Notes under the pieces: model-generated | Database searches by the model: none | Told to the model about the DNA's origin: nothing | What the model saw: the letters and a program-made list of their open reading frames with translations, nothing else | Shown: one piece after another, positions 8,953-17,945 of the stretch | Layout of the letters: each line of letters starts with the position of its first letter | How positions within the stretch are numbered: the first letter of the stretch is position 1 | From: Pseudomonas aeruginosa | GTDB lineage: Bacteria > Pseudomonadota > Gammaproteobacteria > Pseudomonadales > Pseudomonadaceae | Length of the DNA stretch: 32,000 bases | Assembly (NCBI RefSeq): GCF_001457615.1 | Contig: NZ_LN831024.1 | Span: 420,001 to 452,000, forward strand | Direction: 5' to 3' | Program-made: the position numbers and the translations under genes

Positions 8953-10101
8953 ATGGAATTCGAAAAGCTGCTGCGCCTGATGGTGGAAAAGGGCGGCTCC
9001 GACCTGTTCATCACCGCCGGCGTACCGCCGTCGATGAAGGTCAACGGCCGGGTGATGCCGGTGACCAAGACGCCGCTGTCGCCGGAGCAGACCCGCGAGA
9101 CCGTGCTAGGCGTGATGAACGAGCAGCAGCGCCGCGATTTCGCCGAGAACCATGAGTGCAACTTCGCCATCAGCGCCCGCGGCATCGGCCGCTTCCGGGT
9201 CAGTGCCTTCTACCAGCGCAACCTGGTGGGCATGGTATTGCGCCGGATCGAGACCAACATCCCGACCCTGGAAGAGCTGAAGCTCCCGGAAATCCTCAAG
9301 AAGCTGGCGCTGACCAAGCGCGGCCTGGTGATCTTCGTCGGCGCCACCGGCACCGGCAAGTCCACCTCGCTGGCGGCGATGATCGGCTACCGCAACAAGA
9401 ACTCCACCGGGCACATCATCTCCATCGAGGACCCGATCGAGTACATCCACCAGCACCAGGGCTGCATCGTCACCCAGCGCGAGGTGGGGCTGGACACCGA
9501 CTCCTTCGAGGTGGCGCTGAAGAACACCCTGCGCCAGGCGCCGGACGTGATCATGATCGGCGAGGTGCGCTCGCGGGAGACCATGGACCACGCCGTGGCC
9601 TTCGCCGAGACCGGCCACCTGTGCCTGGCGACCCTGCACGCGAACAACGCCAACCAGGCGCTGGAGCGGATCATCCACTTCTTCCCGGCCGACCGTCATG
9701 GCCAGGTGTGGATGGACCTGTCGCTGAACCTCAAGGCCATCGTCGCCCAGCAACTGGTGCCGACCCCCGACGGCAAGGGGCGGCGGGCGGTGATCGAGGT
9801 GCTGCTGAACACCCCGCTGGCCGCCGACCTGATCCGCAAGGGCGAGGTGCACGAGCTGAAGCCGCTGATGAAGCGCTCCACCGAGCAGGGCATGCAGACC
9901 TTCGACCAGGCGCTGTACCAGCTCTACACCCAGGGCGAGATCACCTACGAGGACGCCCTGGCCCACGCCGACTCGGCCAACGACCTGCGTCTGATGATCA
10001 AGCTCGGTTCGGAAAGCGACGCCGACCACCTGTCGAGCCTGACCCAGGGCCTGAGCCTGGAAATCACCGACGACGACCCTGCCGGCCGGCGCTTCCGCTG
10101 A
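8953..10101 (+). CDS. pilU: Type IV pilus retraction ATPase paralog PilU, 382 aa
   Basis: MEFEKLLRLMVEKGGSDLFITAGVPPSMKVNGRV...GATGTGKSTSLAAMIGYRN...GEVRSRETMDHAVAFAETGHLCLATLHANNANQA. The track has an alternative start at 8938 (5 codons longer). Confidence 0.98.
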   Translation: MEFEKLLRLMVEKGGSDLFITAGVPPSMKVNGRVMPVTKTPLSPEQTRETVLGVMNEQQRRDFAENHECNFAISARGIGRFRVSAFYQRNLVGMVLRRIETNIPTLEELKLPEILKKLALTKRGLVIFVGATGTGKSTSLAAMIGYRNKNSTGHIISIEDPIEYIHQHQGCIVTQREVGLDTDSFEVALKNTLRQAPDVIMIGEVRSRETMDHAVAFAETGHLCLATLHANNANQALERIIHFFPADRHGQVWMDLSLNLKAIVAQQLVPTPDGKGRRAVIEVLLNTPLAADLIRKGEVHELKPLMKRSTEQGMQTFDQALYQLYTQGEITYEDALAHADSANDLRLMIKLGSESDADHLSSLTQGLSLEITDDDPAGRRFR

Positions 10102-10108
10102 ACCGTCT

Positions 10109-11008
10109 TCAGTAGGCCAGCGGCTCCTCGGCCTGGGCGCAGGCCGAGGTTTCCAGTTGCAGGGTGCTGTGTTCGATCTCGTAGCGGTCGTGCAGCAGCG
10201 CCTTCACCGTTCCCAGCAGCGCCTCGGCATCGACCAGGGCCGGGTCGTACACCAGATGGCTGGTCAGGCTGATCTTGCCGCTGGTGATCGACCACACATG
10301 CAGGTCGTGCAGCCCGGTCACGCCGGGAATCCCCAGCAGCGCTTCGCGCAGCTCGGCCAACTGGATTTCCTTCGGCACCCCTTCGAGCAACACATGCAGG
10401 CTCTCGCGCAGCAGGATCCAGGTGCGCGGCAGGACCCAGAAACCGATCAGCACCGCCACCAGCGAGTCGACCCAGGCCCAGCCGGTGAAACGGATCACGA
10501 TCGCGGCGACGATCACCCCCAGCGAGCCGAGCATGTCGCTCCAGACCTCCAGGTAGGCGCCCTTGACGTTCAGGCTGTTGCCCTGGGCCGGCGCCAGCAG
10601 GCGCATGCTGGCCAGGTTCACCAGCAGGCCGAGCACGGCGATCACCAGCATGCCCACGGACTGGATCTCCGCCGGCTGGTTGAGCCGCTCGTAGGCCGCG
10701 TAGAGGATATAGAAGGCCACGCCGAACAGGAGGAAGGCGTTGAACGCCGCGGCGAGGATCTCGAAGCGGTGGTAGCCGTAGGTCAGGCGATCGTTGGTCG
10801 GGCGCCTGGCGATGTTGATCGCGGCCAGGGCGATGGCCAGGGCCACGGCGTCGGTGAGCATGTGCGCGGCATCGGAGATCAGCGCCAGGCTGCCGGTGAG
10901 GATGCCGCCGACGACCTCGGCGACGAGGAAGCTTCCGGTCAGCAGCAACGCCCATTTCAGGCGGGTCGAGTTGGTCTGGGCGAAGCTGTGCTCGTGTCCG
11001 GCGCTCAT
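10109..11008 (-). CDS. Cation diffusion facilitator (CDF) family efflux protein, 299 aa
   Basis: ...LISDAAHMLTDAVALAIALAAINI... and HDLHVWSITSGKISLTSHLV: CDF/CzcD motifs, multiple TM segments. Start chosen MSAGHEHSFAQ at 11006-11008. Confidence 0.9.
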   Translation of the reverse strand: MSAGHEHSFAQTNSTRLKWALLLTGSFLVAEVVGGILTGSLALISDAAHMLTDAVALAIALAAINIARRPTNDRLTYGYHRFEILAAAFNAFLLFGVAFYILYAAYERLNQPAEIQSVGMLVIAVLGLLVNLASMRLLAPAQGNSLNVKGAYLEVWSDMLGSLGVIVAAIVIRFTGWAWVDSLVAVLIGFWVLPRTWILLRESLHVLLEGVPKEIQLAELREALLGIPGVTGLHDLHVWSITSGKISLTSHLVYDPALVDAEALLGTVKALLHDRYEIEHSTLQLETSACAQAEEPLAY

Positions 11009-11162
11009 GGCGGCTCCTGTGGGGCGGTGGCGGCAGCACCAGCCTACAGGATAGGCAATTGCAAAACTGTCATGCGCCGGGCCGCTCTGGCGCGGCGTCC
11101 GCCGCTCCGCTAACCTGCGGCTCAAGCGCGGCCGCAGCCGCGCACGGAACGAGGGGGGACGC

Positions 11163-11567
11163 ATGACTCAACAGCACGACACCCATAGCAAGGCCATCGG
11201 CTACCTGCTGTGGATCTTCGGTTTCACCGGTTCGCACCGCTTCTATTACGGCAAGCCGATCACCGGGACGATCTGGTTCTTCACCTTCGGCCTGTTCTTC
11301 ATCGGCTGGATCATCGACCTGTTCCTCATCCCGTCGATGGACCGCGAGGCCGACCGGCGCTTCCAAGGCGGCAACCTGGACTACAACGTGGCCTGGATCC
11401 TGCTGACCTTCCTCGGCGTGCTCGGCGTGCACAGGATGTACATGGGCAAGTGGATCACCGGGATCATCTACCTGTTCACCGGCGGCCTGTTCTTCCTCGG
11501 CGTGCTCTACGACTTCTGGACCCTCAACGGACAGGTGTCCGAGCGCAACGGGCCGCAGCGCATCTGA
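11163..11567 (+). CDS. TM2-domain membrane protein, 134 aa
   Basis: SKAIGYLLWIFGFTGSHRFYYGKPITGTIWFFTFGLFFIGWIIDLFLIPSM...LLTFLGVLGVHRMYMGKWITGIIYLFTGGLFFLGVLYDFW: two TM2-like segments. Confidence 0.85.
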   Translation: MTQQHDTHSKAIGYLLWIFGFTGSHRFYYGKPITGTIWFFTFGLFFIGWIIDLFLIPSMDREADRRFQGGNLDYNVAWILLTFLGVLGVHRMYMGKWITGIIYLFTGGLFFLGVLYDFWTLNGQVSERNGPQRI

Positions 11568-11587
11568 GGCTCGTCGCCAGGTGCGAG

Positions 11588-11612
11588 AAGCCCGCCATCC
11601 GGCGGGCTTTTT
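11588..11612 (+). terminator. Rho-independent terminator downstream of the TM2 gene
   Basis: AAGCCCGCC-ATCC-GGCGGGCTT-TTT: 9-bp stem with a U-tract, 20 nt after the stop. Confidence 0.88.
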
Positions 11613-11660
11613 CATGGGTGGCGCCACGGTCGGCAGGGAATTCCTCCGGCGGGACTTAAG

Positions 11661-11692
11661 GAACCAAAGGTTCTAACGTTCTACCTGTAGGT
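11661..11692. promoter_or_regulatory. Candidate operator-like symmetry cluster upstream of the transsulfuration operon
   Basis: GAACCAAAGGTTC palindrome (11661-11673), direct repeat GTTCTA-AC-GTTCTA (11670-11683), ACCTGTAGGT palindrome (11683-11692). Confidence 0.25.
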
Positions 11693-11809
11693 TATTGGCG
11701 CCCGCGCGCGCCAGCCCCTATGGTCTGCAAGCCCCAGAACGGATAGGTGCAATGGCTCACGAGGCCGCGCACCGTATCGCTCCGTGCGGAAACACCGAAA
11801 GGAGAAAAG

Positions 11810-13183
11810 ATGACTTCCGACTCACGTCCCGCCGTGCTCGACCTGATCGGCAACACCCCGCTGGTTCGCGTGACGCGCTTCGATACCGGCCCCTGCACCC
11901 TGTACCTCAAGCTCGAATCGCAGAACCCCGGCGGCTCCATCAAGGATCGCATCGGTGTCGCCATGATCGAGGCCGCCGAGCGTGACGGCCGCCTGCGGCC
12001 CGGTGGCACCATCGTCGAGGCCACCGCCGGCAACACCGGTCTCGGCCTGGCCCTGGTCGGCCGCGCGAAGGGCTACCGGGTGGTGCTGGTGGTGCCGGAC
12101 AAGATGTCCACCGAGAAGGTCCTGCACCTGCGCGCCATGGGCGCCGAGGTGCACATCACCCGCTCGGACGTCGGCAAGGGCCATCCGGAGTACTACCAGG
12201 ACGTTGCCGCGCGCCTGGCGCAAGACATTCCCGGCGCTTTCTTCGCCGACCAGTTCAACAACCCGGCCAACCCGCTGGCCCACGAGTGCGGCACCGGCCC
12301 GGAGCTCTGGGCGCAGACCGGCCACGATCTCGACGCCATCGTCGTCGGCGTCGGCTCCTCCGGTACCCTGACCGGCCTTACCCGGTTCTTCCAGAAGGTC
12401 CAGCCGGAGCTGGAGATGGTGCTCGCCGACCCCGAGGGCTCGATCATGGCCGAGTACTCCCGCTCCGGCACCCTGGGTACGCCGGGTTCCTGGGCGGTGG
12501 AGGGCATCGGCGAGGACTTCGTACCGGCCATCGCCGACCTCTCCAGCGTGCGCCATGCCTATTCCATCAGCGACGAGGAAAGCTTCGCCATGGCCCGCGA
12601 ACTGTTGCGCGTCGAGGGCATTCCCGGCGGCTCCTCCACCGGCACCCTGCTGGCCGCGGCGCTGCGCTTCTGCCGCGAGCAGAAGGAGCCGAAGCGGGTG
12701 GTCAGCTTCGTCTGCGACACCGGCACCCGCTACCTGTCGAAGATCTACAACGACCAGTGGATGACCGACCAGGGCCTGCTGCAACGCAAGCACTACGGCG
12801 ACCTGCGCGACATCATCGCGCGGCGCTTCGAGGAGGGCCGGGTGATCAGCGTCGGTCCGGACGACACCCTGCTCACCGCCTTCCAGCGCATGCGCCTGGC
12901 CGACGTTTCGCAATTGCCGGTGCTGGACGATGGAAAACTGGTCGGTGTGATCGACGAGTCGGATATCCTGCTCGGCGTCCACGCCGACGCGCCACGCTTC
13001 CGCGATGCGGTAAGCAGCGCGATGAACGCCGCGCCGGAAACCCTCGCGCCCGGCGCCAGCCTGGCCCAGTTGCAGGCGGTCCTGGACCGCGGCCTGGTGG
13101 CGATCGTTGCCGATGCCAGCGGCTTCCACGGCCTGATCACCCGTTTCGACCTGTTGAACCATTTGCGGAGAAAGCTCACATGA
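11810..13183 (+). CDS. Cystathionine beta-synthase-like PLP enzyme with C-terminal CBS domains, 457 aa
   Basis: MTSDSRPAVLDLIGNTPLVRVTRF...YLKLESQNPGGSIKDRIGVAMIEAAE...VEATAGNTGLGLA (cysteine synthase fold) plus C-terminal ...LLTAFQRMRLADVSQLPVLDDGKLVGVIDESDILL (CBS). Preceded by a GGAG ribosome binding site. Confidence 0.92.
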   Translation: MTSDSRPAVLDLIGNTPLVRVTRFDTGPCTLYLKLESQNPGGSIKDRIGVAMIEAAERDGRLRPGGTIVEATAGNTGLGLALVGRAKGYRVVLVVPDKMSTEKVLHLRAMGAEVHITRSDVGKGHPEYYQDVAARLAQDIPGAFFADQFNNPANPLAHECGTGPELWAQTGHDLDAIVVGVGSSGTLTGLTRFFQKVQPELEMVLADPEGSIMAEYSRSGTLGTPGSWAVEGIGEDFVPAIADLSSVRHAYSISDEESFAMARELLRVEGIPGGSSTGTLLAAALRFCREQKEPKRVVSFVCDTGTRYLSKIYNDQWMTDQGLLQRKHYGDLRDIIARRFEEGRVISVGPDDTLLTAFQRMRLADVSQLPVLDDGKLVGVIDESDILLGVHADAPRFRDAVSSAMNAAPETLAPGASLAQLQAVLDRGLVAIVADASGFHGLITRFDLLNHLRRKLT

Positions 13184-14364
13184 GCCAGCACGACCAGCAT
13201 CCCGACGCCCCGGCCCAGGCCTTCGCGACCCGGGTCATCCACGCCGGGCAGGCCCCCGATCCCTCGACCGGCGCGATCATGCCGCCGATCTATGCCAACT
13301 CCACCTATATCCAGGAAAGCCCCGGGGTACACAAGGGGCTCGACTACGGCCGCTCGCACAACCCGACCCGCTGGGCCCTGGAGCGCTGCGTGGCCGACCT
13401 CGAGGGCGGCAACCAGGCCTTCGCCTTCGCCTCCGGCCTGGCGGCGATCTCCTCGGTGCTGGAGCTGCTCGACGCCGGTTCCCACATCGTTTCCGGCAAT
13501 GACCTCTACGGCGGTACCTTCCGCCTGTTCGAGCGGGTCCGCCGGCGCAGCGCCGGGCATCGCTTCAGCTTCGTCGACCCGACCGACCTGCAGGCCTTCG
13601 AGGCCGCGCTGACCCCGGAAACCCGCATGGTCTGGGTGGAAACCCCGAGCAACCCGCTGCTGCGCCTCACCGACCTGCGCGCCATCGCCCAGCTCTGCCG
13701 CGCCCGCGGCATCATCAGCGTGGCCGACAACACCTTCGCCAGCCCCTACATCCAGCGCCCCCTGGAACTGGGCTTCGACGTGGTGGTGCACTCCACCACC
13801 AAGTACCTGAACGGCCATTCCGACGTGATCGGCGGCATCGCCATCGTCGGCGACAACCCGGACCTGCGCGAGCGCCTGGGCTTCCTGCAGAACTCGGTGG
13901 GCGCCATCTCCGGGCCGTTCGACGCCTTCCTCACCCTGCGTGGGGTGAAGACCCTGGCGCTGCGCATGGAGCGCCATTGCAGCAACGCCCTGGCCCTGGC
14001 CCAGTGGCTGGAGCGCCAGCCGCAGGTGGCGCGGGTCTACTACCCCGGCCTGGCTTCGCACCCGCAGCATGAGCTGGCGAAACGGCAGATGCGTGGCTTC
14101 GGCGGGATGATCTCCCTCGACCTGCGCTGCGACCTGGCCGGCGCCCGGCGCTTCCTGGAGAACGTGCGGATCTTCTCCCTGGCGGAGAGCCTGGGCGGGG
14201 TGGAAAGCCTGATCGAGCATCCGGCGATCATGACCCACGCCAGCATCCCGGCGGAAACCCGCGCCGACCTGGGCATCGGTGACTCGCTGATCCGCCTGTC
14301 GGTGGGCGTCGAGGCGCTGGAGGACCTGCAGGCCGACCTGGCGCAGGCACTGGCGAAGATCTGA
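13180..14364 (+). CDS. Cystathionine gamma-lyase / gamma-synthase-like Cys/Met metabolism PLP enzyme, 394 aa
   Basis: FATRVIHAGQAPDPSTGAIMPPIYANSTYIQESPGVHKGLDYGRSHNPTRWALE...SVADNTFASPYIQRPLELGFDVVVHSTTKYLNGHSDVIGG: Cys/Met PLP lysine motif. ATGA overlap with the upstream gene. Confidence 0.93.
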   Translation: MSQHDQHPDAPAQAFATRVIHAGQAPDPSTGAIMPPIYANSTYIQESPGVHKGLDYGRSHNPTRWALERCVADLEGGNQAFAFASGLAAISSVLELLDAGSHIVSGNDLYGGTFRLFERVRRRSAGHRFSFVDPTDLQAFEAALTPETRMVWVETPSNPLLRLTDLRAIAQLCRARGIISVADNTFASPYIQRPLELGFDVVVHSTTKYLNGHSDVIGGIAIVGDNPDLRERLGFLQNSVGAISGPFDAFLTLRGVKTLALRMERHCSNALALAQWLERQPQVARVYYPGLASHPQHELAKRQMRGFGGMISLDLRCDLAGARRFLENVRIFSLAESLGGVESLIEHPAIMTHASIPAETRADLGIGDSLIRLSVGVEALEDLQADLAQALAKI

Positions 14365-14432
14365 GGCTCCGCAGGGAGCGGCGCCGACCGGCGCGGCTGC
14401 CGGCCATCGGGTGTTCCCGGCGAGCATGCCTC

Positions 14433-14459
14433 GGCGGATAACGCTCCGCGTTATTCGCC
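14433..14459. repeat. REP-like imperfect palindrome (GGCGGATAACGC-TCC-GCGTTATTCGCC)
   Basis: 12-bp stem with one G:T wobble, 3-nt loop, in the convergent intergenic space 14365-14590. Resembles the dispersed 'GGCGAATAACGC...GCGTTATNCGCC' elements recalled from pseudomonads. Confidence 0.55.
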
Positions 14460-14547
14460 CTGCCGTTGAGGCGGGTTGGTGGCAGAGGTTGGGATAGGGC
14501 GCCCACCCCGGCAACGGATACGCCCCCGGAATCGCGAACGCGAAGAT

Positions 14548-14577
14548 GAAAAAGCCCGCCGGATGGCGGGCTTTTTC
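14548..14577. terminator. Bidirectional Rho-independent terminator between converging genes
   Basis: GAAAAAGCCCGCC-GGAT-GGCGGGCTTTTTC: 13-bp perfect stem with A/T tracts on both sides. Confidence 0.92.
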
Positions 14578-14590
14578 GTGGTGGCAGGGA

Positions 14591-15862
14591 TCAACCCTCG
14601 TGGGTCAGGTGTCCGTCCACCAGGGTGTAACGCACTCGTCCCGGCAGGCAGTGACCGACGAACGGGCTGTTCTGCCCCTTCGAGTACCAGCTCTCACCGG
14701 CCAGGGTCGAACCCTGCGGGTCGAACAGCACCAGGTCGGCGGCCTGGCCGACCGCCAGGCGCCCGGCAGGCAGGCGTAGTGCCTGGGCCGGGCCGTGGGA
14801 GAGGCGGGCGAGCAGGGTCGGCAGGTCGAGCAGGCCGTCCTGCACCAGCGTCATCGCCAGCGGCAGCAGCAGCTCGGCGCCGCTGATGCCCGGCTCGGTG
14901 GCGGCGAACGGCGCGTTCTTGGCGTCCGCCTCGTGGGGTTGGTGGTGGCTGGCGATGGCTTGTACCACGCCGTTCTTCACCGCCTCGCGCAGGGCTTCGC
15001 GGTCGGCCCTGGTGCGCAGCGGCGGTTGCACGTGGTAGAGGCTGGAGAAGCCCACCAGCGCTTCGTCGGTGAGGATCAACTGGTACAGCGCCACGTCGCA
15101 GGTCACCGGCAGGCCACGGGCCTGGGCCTGGGCGACGAGTTCGATGCCGCGGGCGCTGGTCAACTGGCTGAAGTGCGCGCGCACGCCGCTCTGTTCCACC
15201 AGCAGCAGGTTGCGGGCCAGGGCCACGGTCTCGGCGGTTTCCGGGATCCCCGCGAGGCCGAGAAAGCTGGCGGTCGGGCCTTCGTGGGCGAGGCCGCCTT
15301 CGGCGAGATCGGTGTCCTGCGAGGTGAAGATCACCGTCAGGTCGAAGGTCGCCGCGTACTCCAGGGCGCGCCGCAGGATGCGGTTGCTGGCGAAGCCATG
15401 CAGGCCATTGGTGAAGGCCACGCAACCGGTGTCGCGCAGGGCCACCAGTTCCGACAGTTGCTCGCCGCCGAAGCCGCGGGTCAGCGCGCCGATGGGGTAG
15501 ACCTTGGCGTTGCCGGCCTCGCGGGCGCGGTCGAGGATCAGCTCGGCCACCGCCGGGGTGTCCAGCACCGGCCGGGTGTAGGGCGGGCAGCACAGGCTGG
15601 TGGTGCCGCCGGCCGCGGCGGCGCGGGTCTCGCTTTCGACGTTGCCCTTGCGTCCGTAGCCCGGCTCGCGCAGGGCGACGCTGAGGTCGACCAGTCCCGG
15701 CGCGGCCACCAGGCCGGCGCCGTCGAGGGTCTTCTGGGCGCTGAAGCCGGCCGGCGCGGCGCCGATGGCGACGATCTTGCCAGCCTCGATATGGAGGTCG
15801 CCGACCTGGTCCAGGCCACTGGCCGGGTCGATGACGCGGGCGCCTCGGATACTGATGGTCAT
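14591..15862 (-). CDS. pyrC': Dihydroorotase-like protein (PyrC'/PyrX), likely non-catalytic ATCase partner, 423 aa
   Basis: [34 protein letters not shown]...[37 protein letters not shown]. The usual HxH before LREPG is SVA, and the usual TDHAPH is SHHQPH. ATGA overlap with pyrB. Confidence 0.92.
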   Translation of the reverse strand: MTISIRGARVIDPASGLDQVGDLHIEAGKIVAIGAAPAGFSAQKTLDGAGLVAAPGLVDLSVALREPGYGRKGNVESETRAAAAGGTTSLCCPPYTRPVLDTPAVAELILDRAREAGNAKVYPIGALTRGFGGEQLSELVALRDTGCVAFTNGLHGFASNRILRRALEYAATFDLTVIFTSQDTDLAEGGLAHEGPTASFLGLAGIPETAETVALARNLLLVEQSGVRAHFSQLTSARGIELVAQAQARGLPVTCDVALYQLILTDEALVGFSSLYHVQPPLRTRADREALREAVKNGVVQAIASHHQPHEADAKNAPFAATEPGISGAELLLPLAMTLVQDGLLDLPTLLARLSHGPAQALRLPAGRLAVGQAADLVLFDPQGSTLAGESWYSKGQNSPFVGHCLPGRVRYTLVDGHLTHEG

Positions 15863-16863
15863 TCGGCGTCCTCCTGTTCCAGCTGGCGTTGGGTGTTCTG
15901 GCCGCTCATGGCCATGGACAGCACCGCCATGCGGATGGCGATGCCGTAGGTGACCTGGTTGAGGATCACCGACTGGGCCCCGTCGGCCACCGCCGACTCG
16001 ATCTCCACGCCACGGTTGATCGGGCCAGGGTGCATGACGATGGCATCCGGCTTGGCCAGCTTCAGGCGCTTCTCGGTCAGGCCGTAGAGCTTGAAGAACT
16101 CGCCCTCGCTGGGTAGCAGGCCACCCTGCATCCGCTCGCGTTGCAGGCGCAGCATGATCACCACGTCGACGTCCTTCAGGCCTTCGTCGGCGTTGGTGAA
16201 CACGCGCACGCCGTACTGCTCTTCCAGGCCGATCGGCAAGAGGGTGCGCGGGGCGATCACGCGGATGTCCGGGCAACCCAGGGTCTTGAGCGCCAGCATG
16301 TTCGAACGGGCTACTCGCGAATGCAGGATATCGCCGACGATCGCCACCGATAGCTGCTCGAAGTTCCCTTTGTGCCGGCGGATGGTCAGCATGTCGAGCA
16401 TCCCCTGGGTGGGGTGCGCGTGGCGTCCGTCGCCGCCGTTGATCACCGCCACGTTGGGGCTGACGTGCTCGGCGATGAAGTGCGCCGCGCCCGAGTCGCT
16501 GTGGCGCACCACGAACATGTCGGCGGCCATCGCCTCCAGGTTGCGCAGGGTGTCGGTGAGCGTCTCGCCCTTGCTGGTGGAAGAGGTGGATACGTTCAGG
16601 CTGATCACGTCGGCCGACAGCCGCTGGGCGGCCAGCTCGAAGGTGGTGCGGGTGCGCGTGGAGTTCTCGAAGAACACGTTGCAGACGGTCTTGCCGCGCA
16701 GCAGCGGGACCTTTTTCACCGCGCGGGCGCCTACCTCCAGGAAGGAATCGGCGGTATCGAGGATTTCGGTGAGCAGCTCGCGGGGCAATCCGTCGAGCGA
16801 GATGAAGTGGCGCAGCTGGCCCTGGTCGTTGAGCTGCAGCGGGCGCTTGGCGTCTGTCGGCAT
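15859..16863 (-). CDS. pyrB: Aspartate carbamoyltransferase catalytic subunit, 334 aa
   Basis: ...[55 protein letters not shown]...[14 protein letters not shown]: ATCase carbamoyl-phosphate motif STRTRTTFE. Confidence 0.97.
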   Translation of the reverse strand: MPTDAKRPLQLNDQGQLRHFISLDGLPRELLTEILDTADSFLEVGARAVKKVPLLRGKTVCNVFFENSTRTRTTFELAAQRLSADVISLNVSTSSTSKGETLTDTLRNLEAMAADMFVVRHSDSGAAHFIAEHVSPNVAVINGGDGRHAHPTQGMLDMLTIRRHKGNFEQLSVAIVGDILHSRVARSNMLALKTLGCPDIRVIAPRTLLPIGLEEQYGVRVFTNADEGLKDVDVVIMLRLQRERMQGGLLPSEGEFFKLYGLTEKRLKLAKPDAIVMHPGPINRGVEIESAVADGAQSVILNQVTYGIAIRMAVLSMAMSGQNTQRQLEQEDAE

Positions 16864-16886
16864 GGGGCAGGCCCTAGTGAAGAGGA

Positions 16887-17399
16887 TCAGGAAGCGGAGG
16901 AAAGGACCTTGCGCTCGAGGGCGAGCGGTGCGGGACCGACCAATTTTACCCGTTCATCGCGACCCAGGGACAGGGTCTGGCCGACCACGTCGGGGCGGAT
17001 AGGCAACTCCCGGGCGTTCAGGTCGAGCAGGCAGACCAGGGTCACGCTGGCCGGACGGCCGTAGTCGAACAGTTCGTTGAGTGCGGCGCGGATGGTACGG
17101 CCGCTCATCAGCACGTCGTCCACCAGGACCAGGTGCTGGCCGTCGATCTCGAACGGCAGCGCCGACGGGCGGACCTGCGGATGCAGGCCGTTCTGGGTGA
17201 AGTCGTCGCGGTAGAAGGAGACGTCGAGGGTGCCCAGCGGCTCTTGGTTGCCCAGTTCCCTCAGCAGCGCCTCGGCGACCCAGATGCCGCCGGTATGGAT
17301 GCCGACGAAGCGCGGCCGCTCGATGCCGCGCTCGGCGAGATGGGCGCGCAGGTCGCTGGCCATGCGCGGCAGGAGTTCGGCGGGATTGGGTAGGCTCAT
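16887..17399 (-). CDS. pyrR: PyrR bifunctional pyrimidine regulatory protein / uracil phosphoribosyltransferase, 170 aa
   Basis: [49 protein letters not shown]...[38 protein letters not shown]: PRPP-binding motif. Start ATG at 17397-17399. Confidence 0.93.
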
Positions 17400-17510
17400 G
17401 GTGGCTCCTCGCTGACATCGATGGGATGGCCGCCGGGAGAGCCCGCTGTAGGGAGGCGCCCGCGGTGGCGAAAGCATAATGGCAAACGGCGGCGTGCCGG
17501 CTGCCATGGG

Positions 17511-17945
17511 TCAATCCGGGTGTTCGGCCAGCCAGCCTTCCAGCAGCAGGGCGGCGGCCAGGGCGTCCACCGGTCGCTCGCGGTAGCCGTCGCGCTGGCC
17601 CTGGGCCAGGCGCTCGCCCTTGGCGGCATAGGTCGTGAGGCGTTCGTCGTGGGTAAAGACCGGCAGGTTGAAACGGCCGTTGAGGCGGCGGCCGAACTTT
17701 TCCGCGCGCTCGCTCATCTCGCTTGGGCTGCCGTCCATGTTCAGCGGCAGGCCGACGACGATGGCGTCCGGCTGCCATTCCTTGATCAGCGCTTCCACCC
17801 GGTTCCAGTCCGGCACGCCGTTCTGCGCCTTCAATACGCACAGCTCGCGGGCCTGGCCGGTCACCGCCTGGCCGACGGCGACGCCGATCTGCCGGGTGCC
17901 GTAGTCGAAGCCCAGCAGCAGGCGCAGCGGCTTGTCGCTGACCAT
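17511..17945 (-). CDS. ruvX: YqgF/RuvX Holliday junction resolvase-like / pre-16S rRNA nuclease, 144 aa
   Basis: LLLGFDYGTRQIGVAVGQAVTGQA...DAIVVGLPLNMDGSPSEM...PVFTHDERLTTYAA: YqgF fold motifs. Confidence 0.95.
   Translation of the reverse strand: MVSDKPLRLLLGFDYGTRQIGVAVGQAVTGQARELCVLKAQNGVPDWNRVEALIKEWQPDAIVVGLPLNMDGSPSEMSERAEKFGRRLNGRFNLPVFTHDERLTTYAAKGERLAQGQRDGYRERPVDALAAALLLEGWLAEHPD

Noticed and set aside
12286-13179. N-terminal extension of the 692-aa ORF ending at 14364
   Set aside because: Out-of-frame reading of the upstream CBS gene. The genuine protein starts at 13180 (MSQHDQHPD...), overlapping the upstream stop as ATGA.
11822-14514. Minus-strand ORFs 446 aa and 573 aa opposite the transsulfuration genes
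   Set aside because: Shadow ORFs without motifs or ribosome binding sites.
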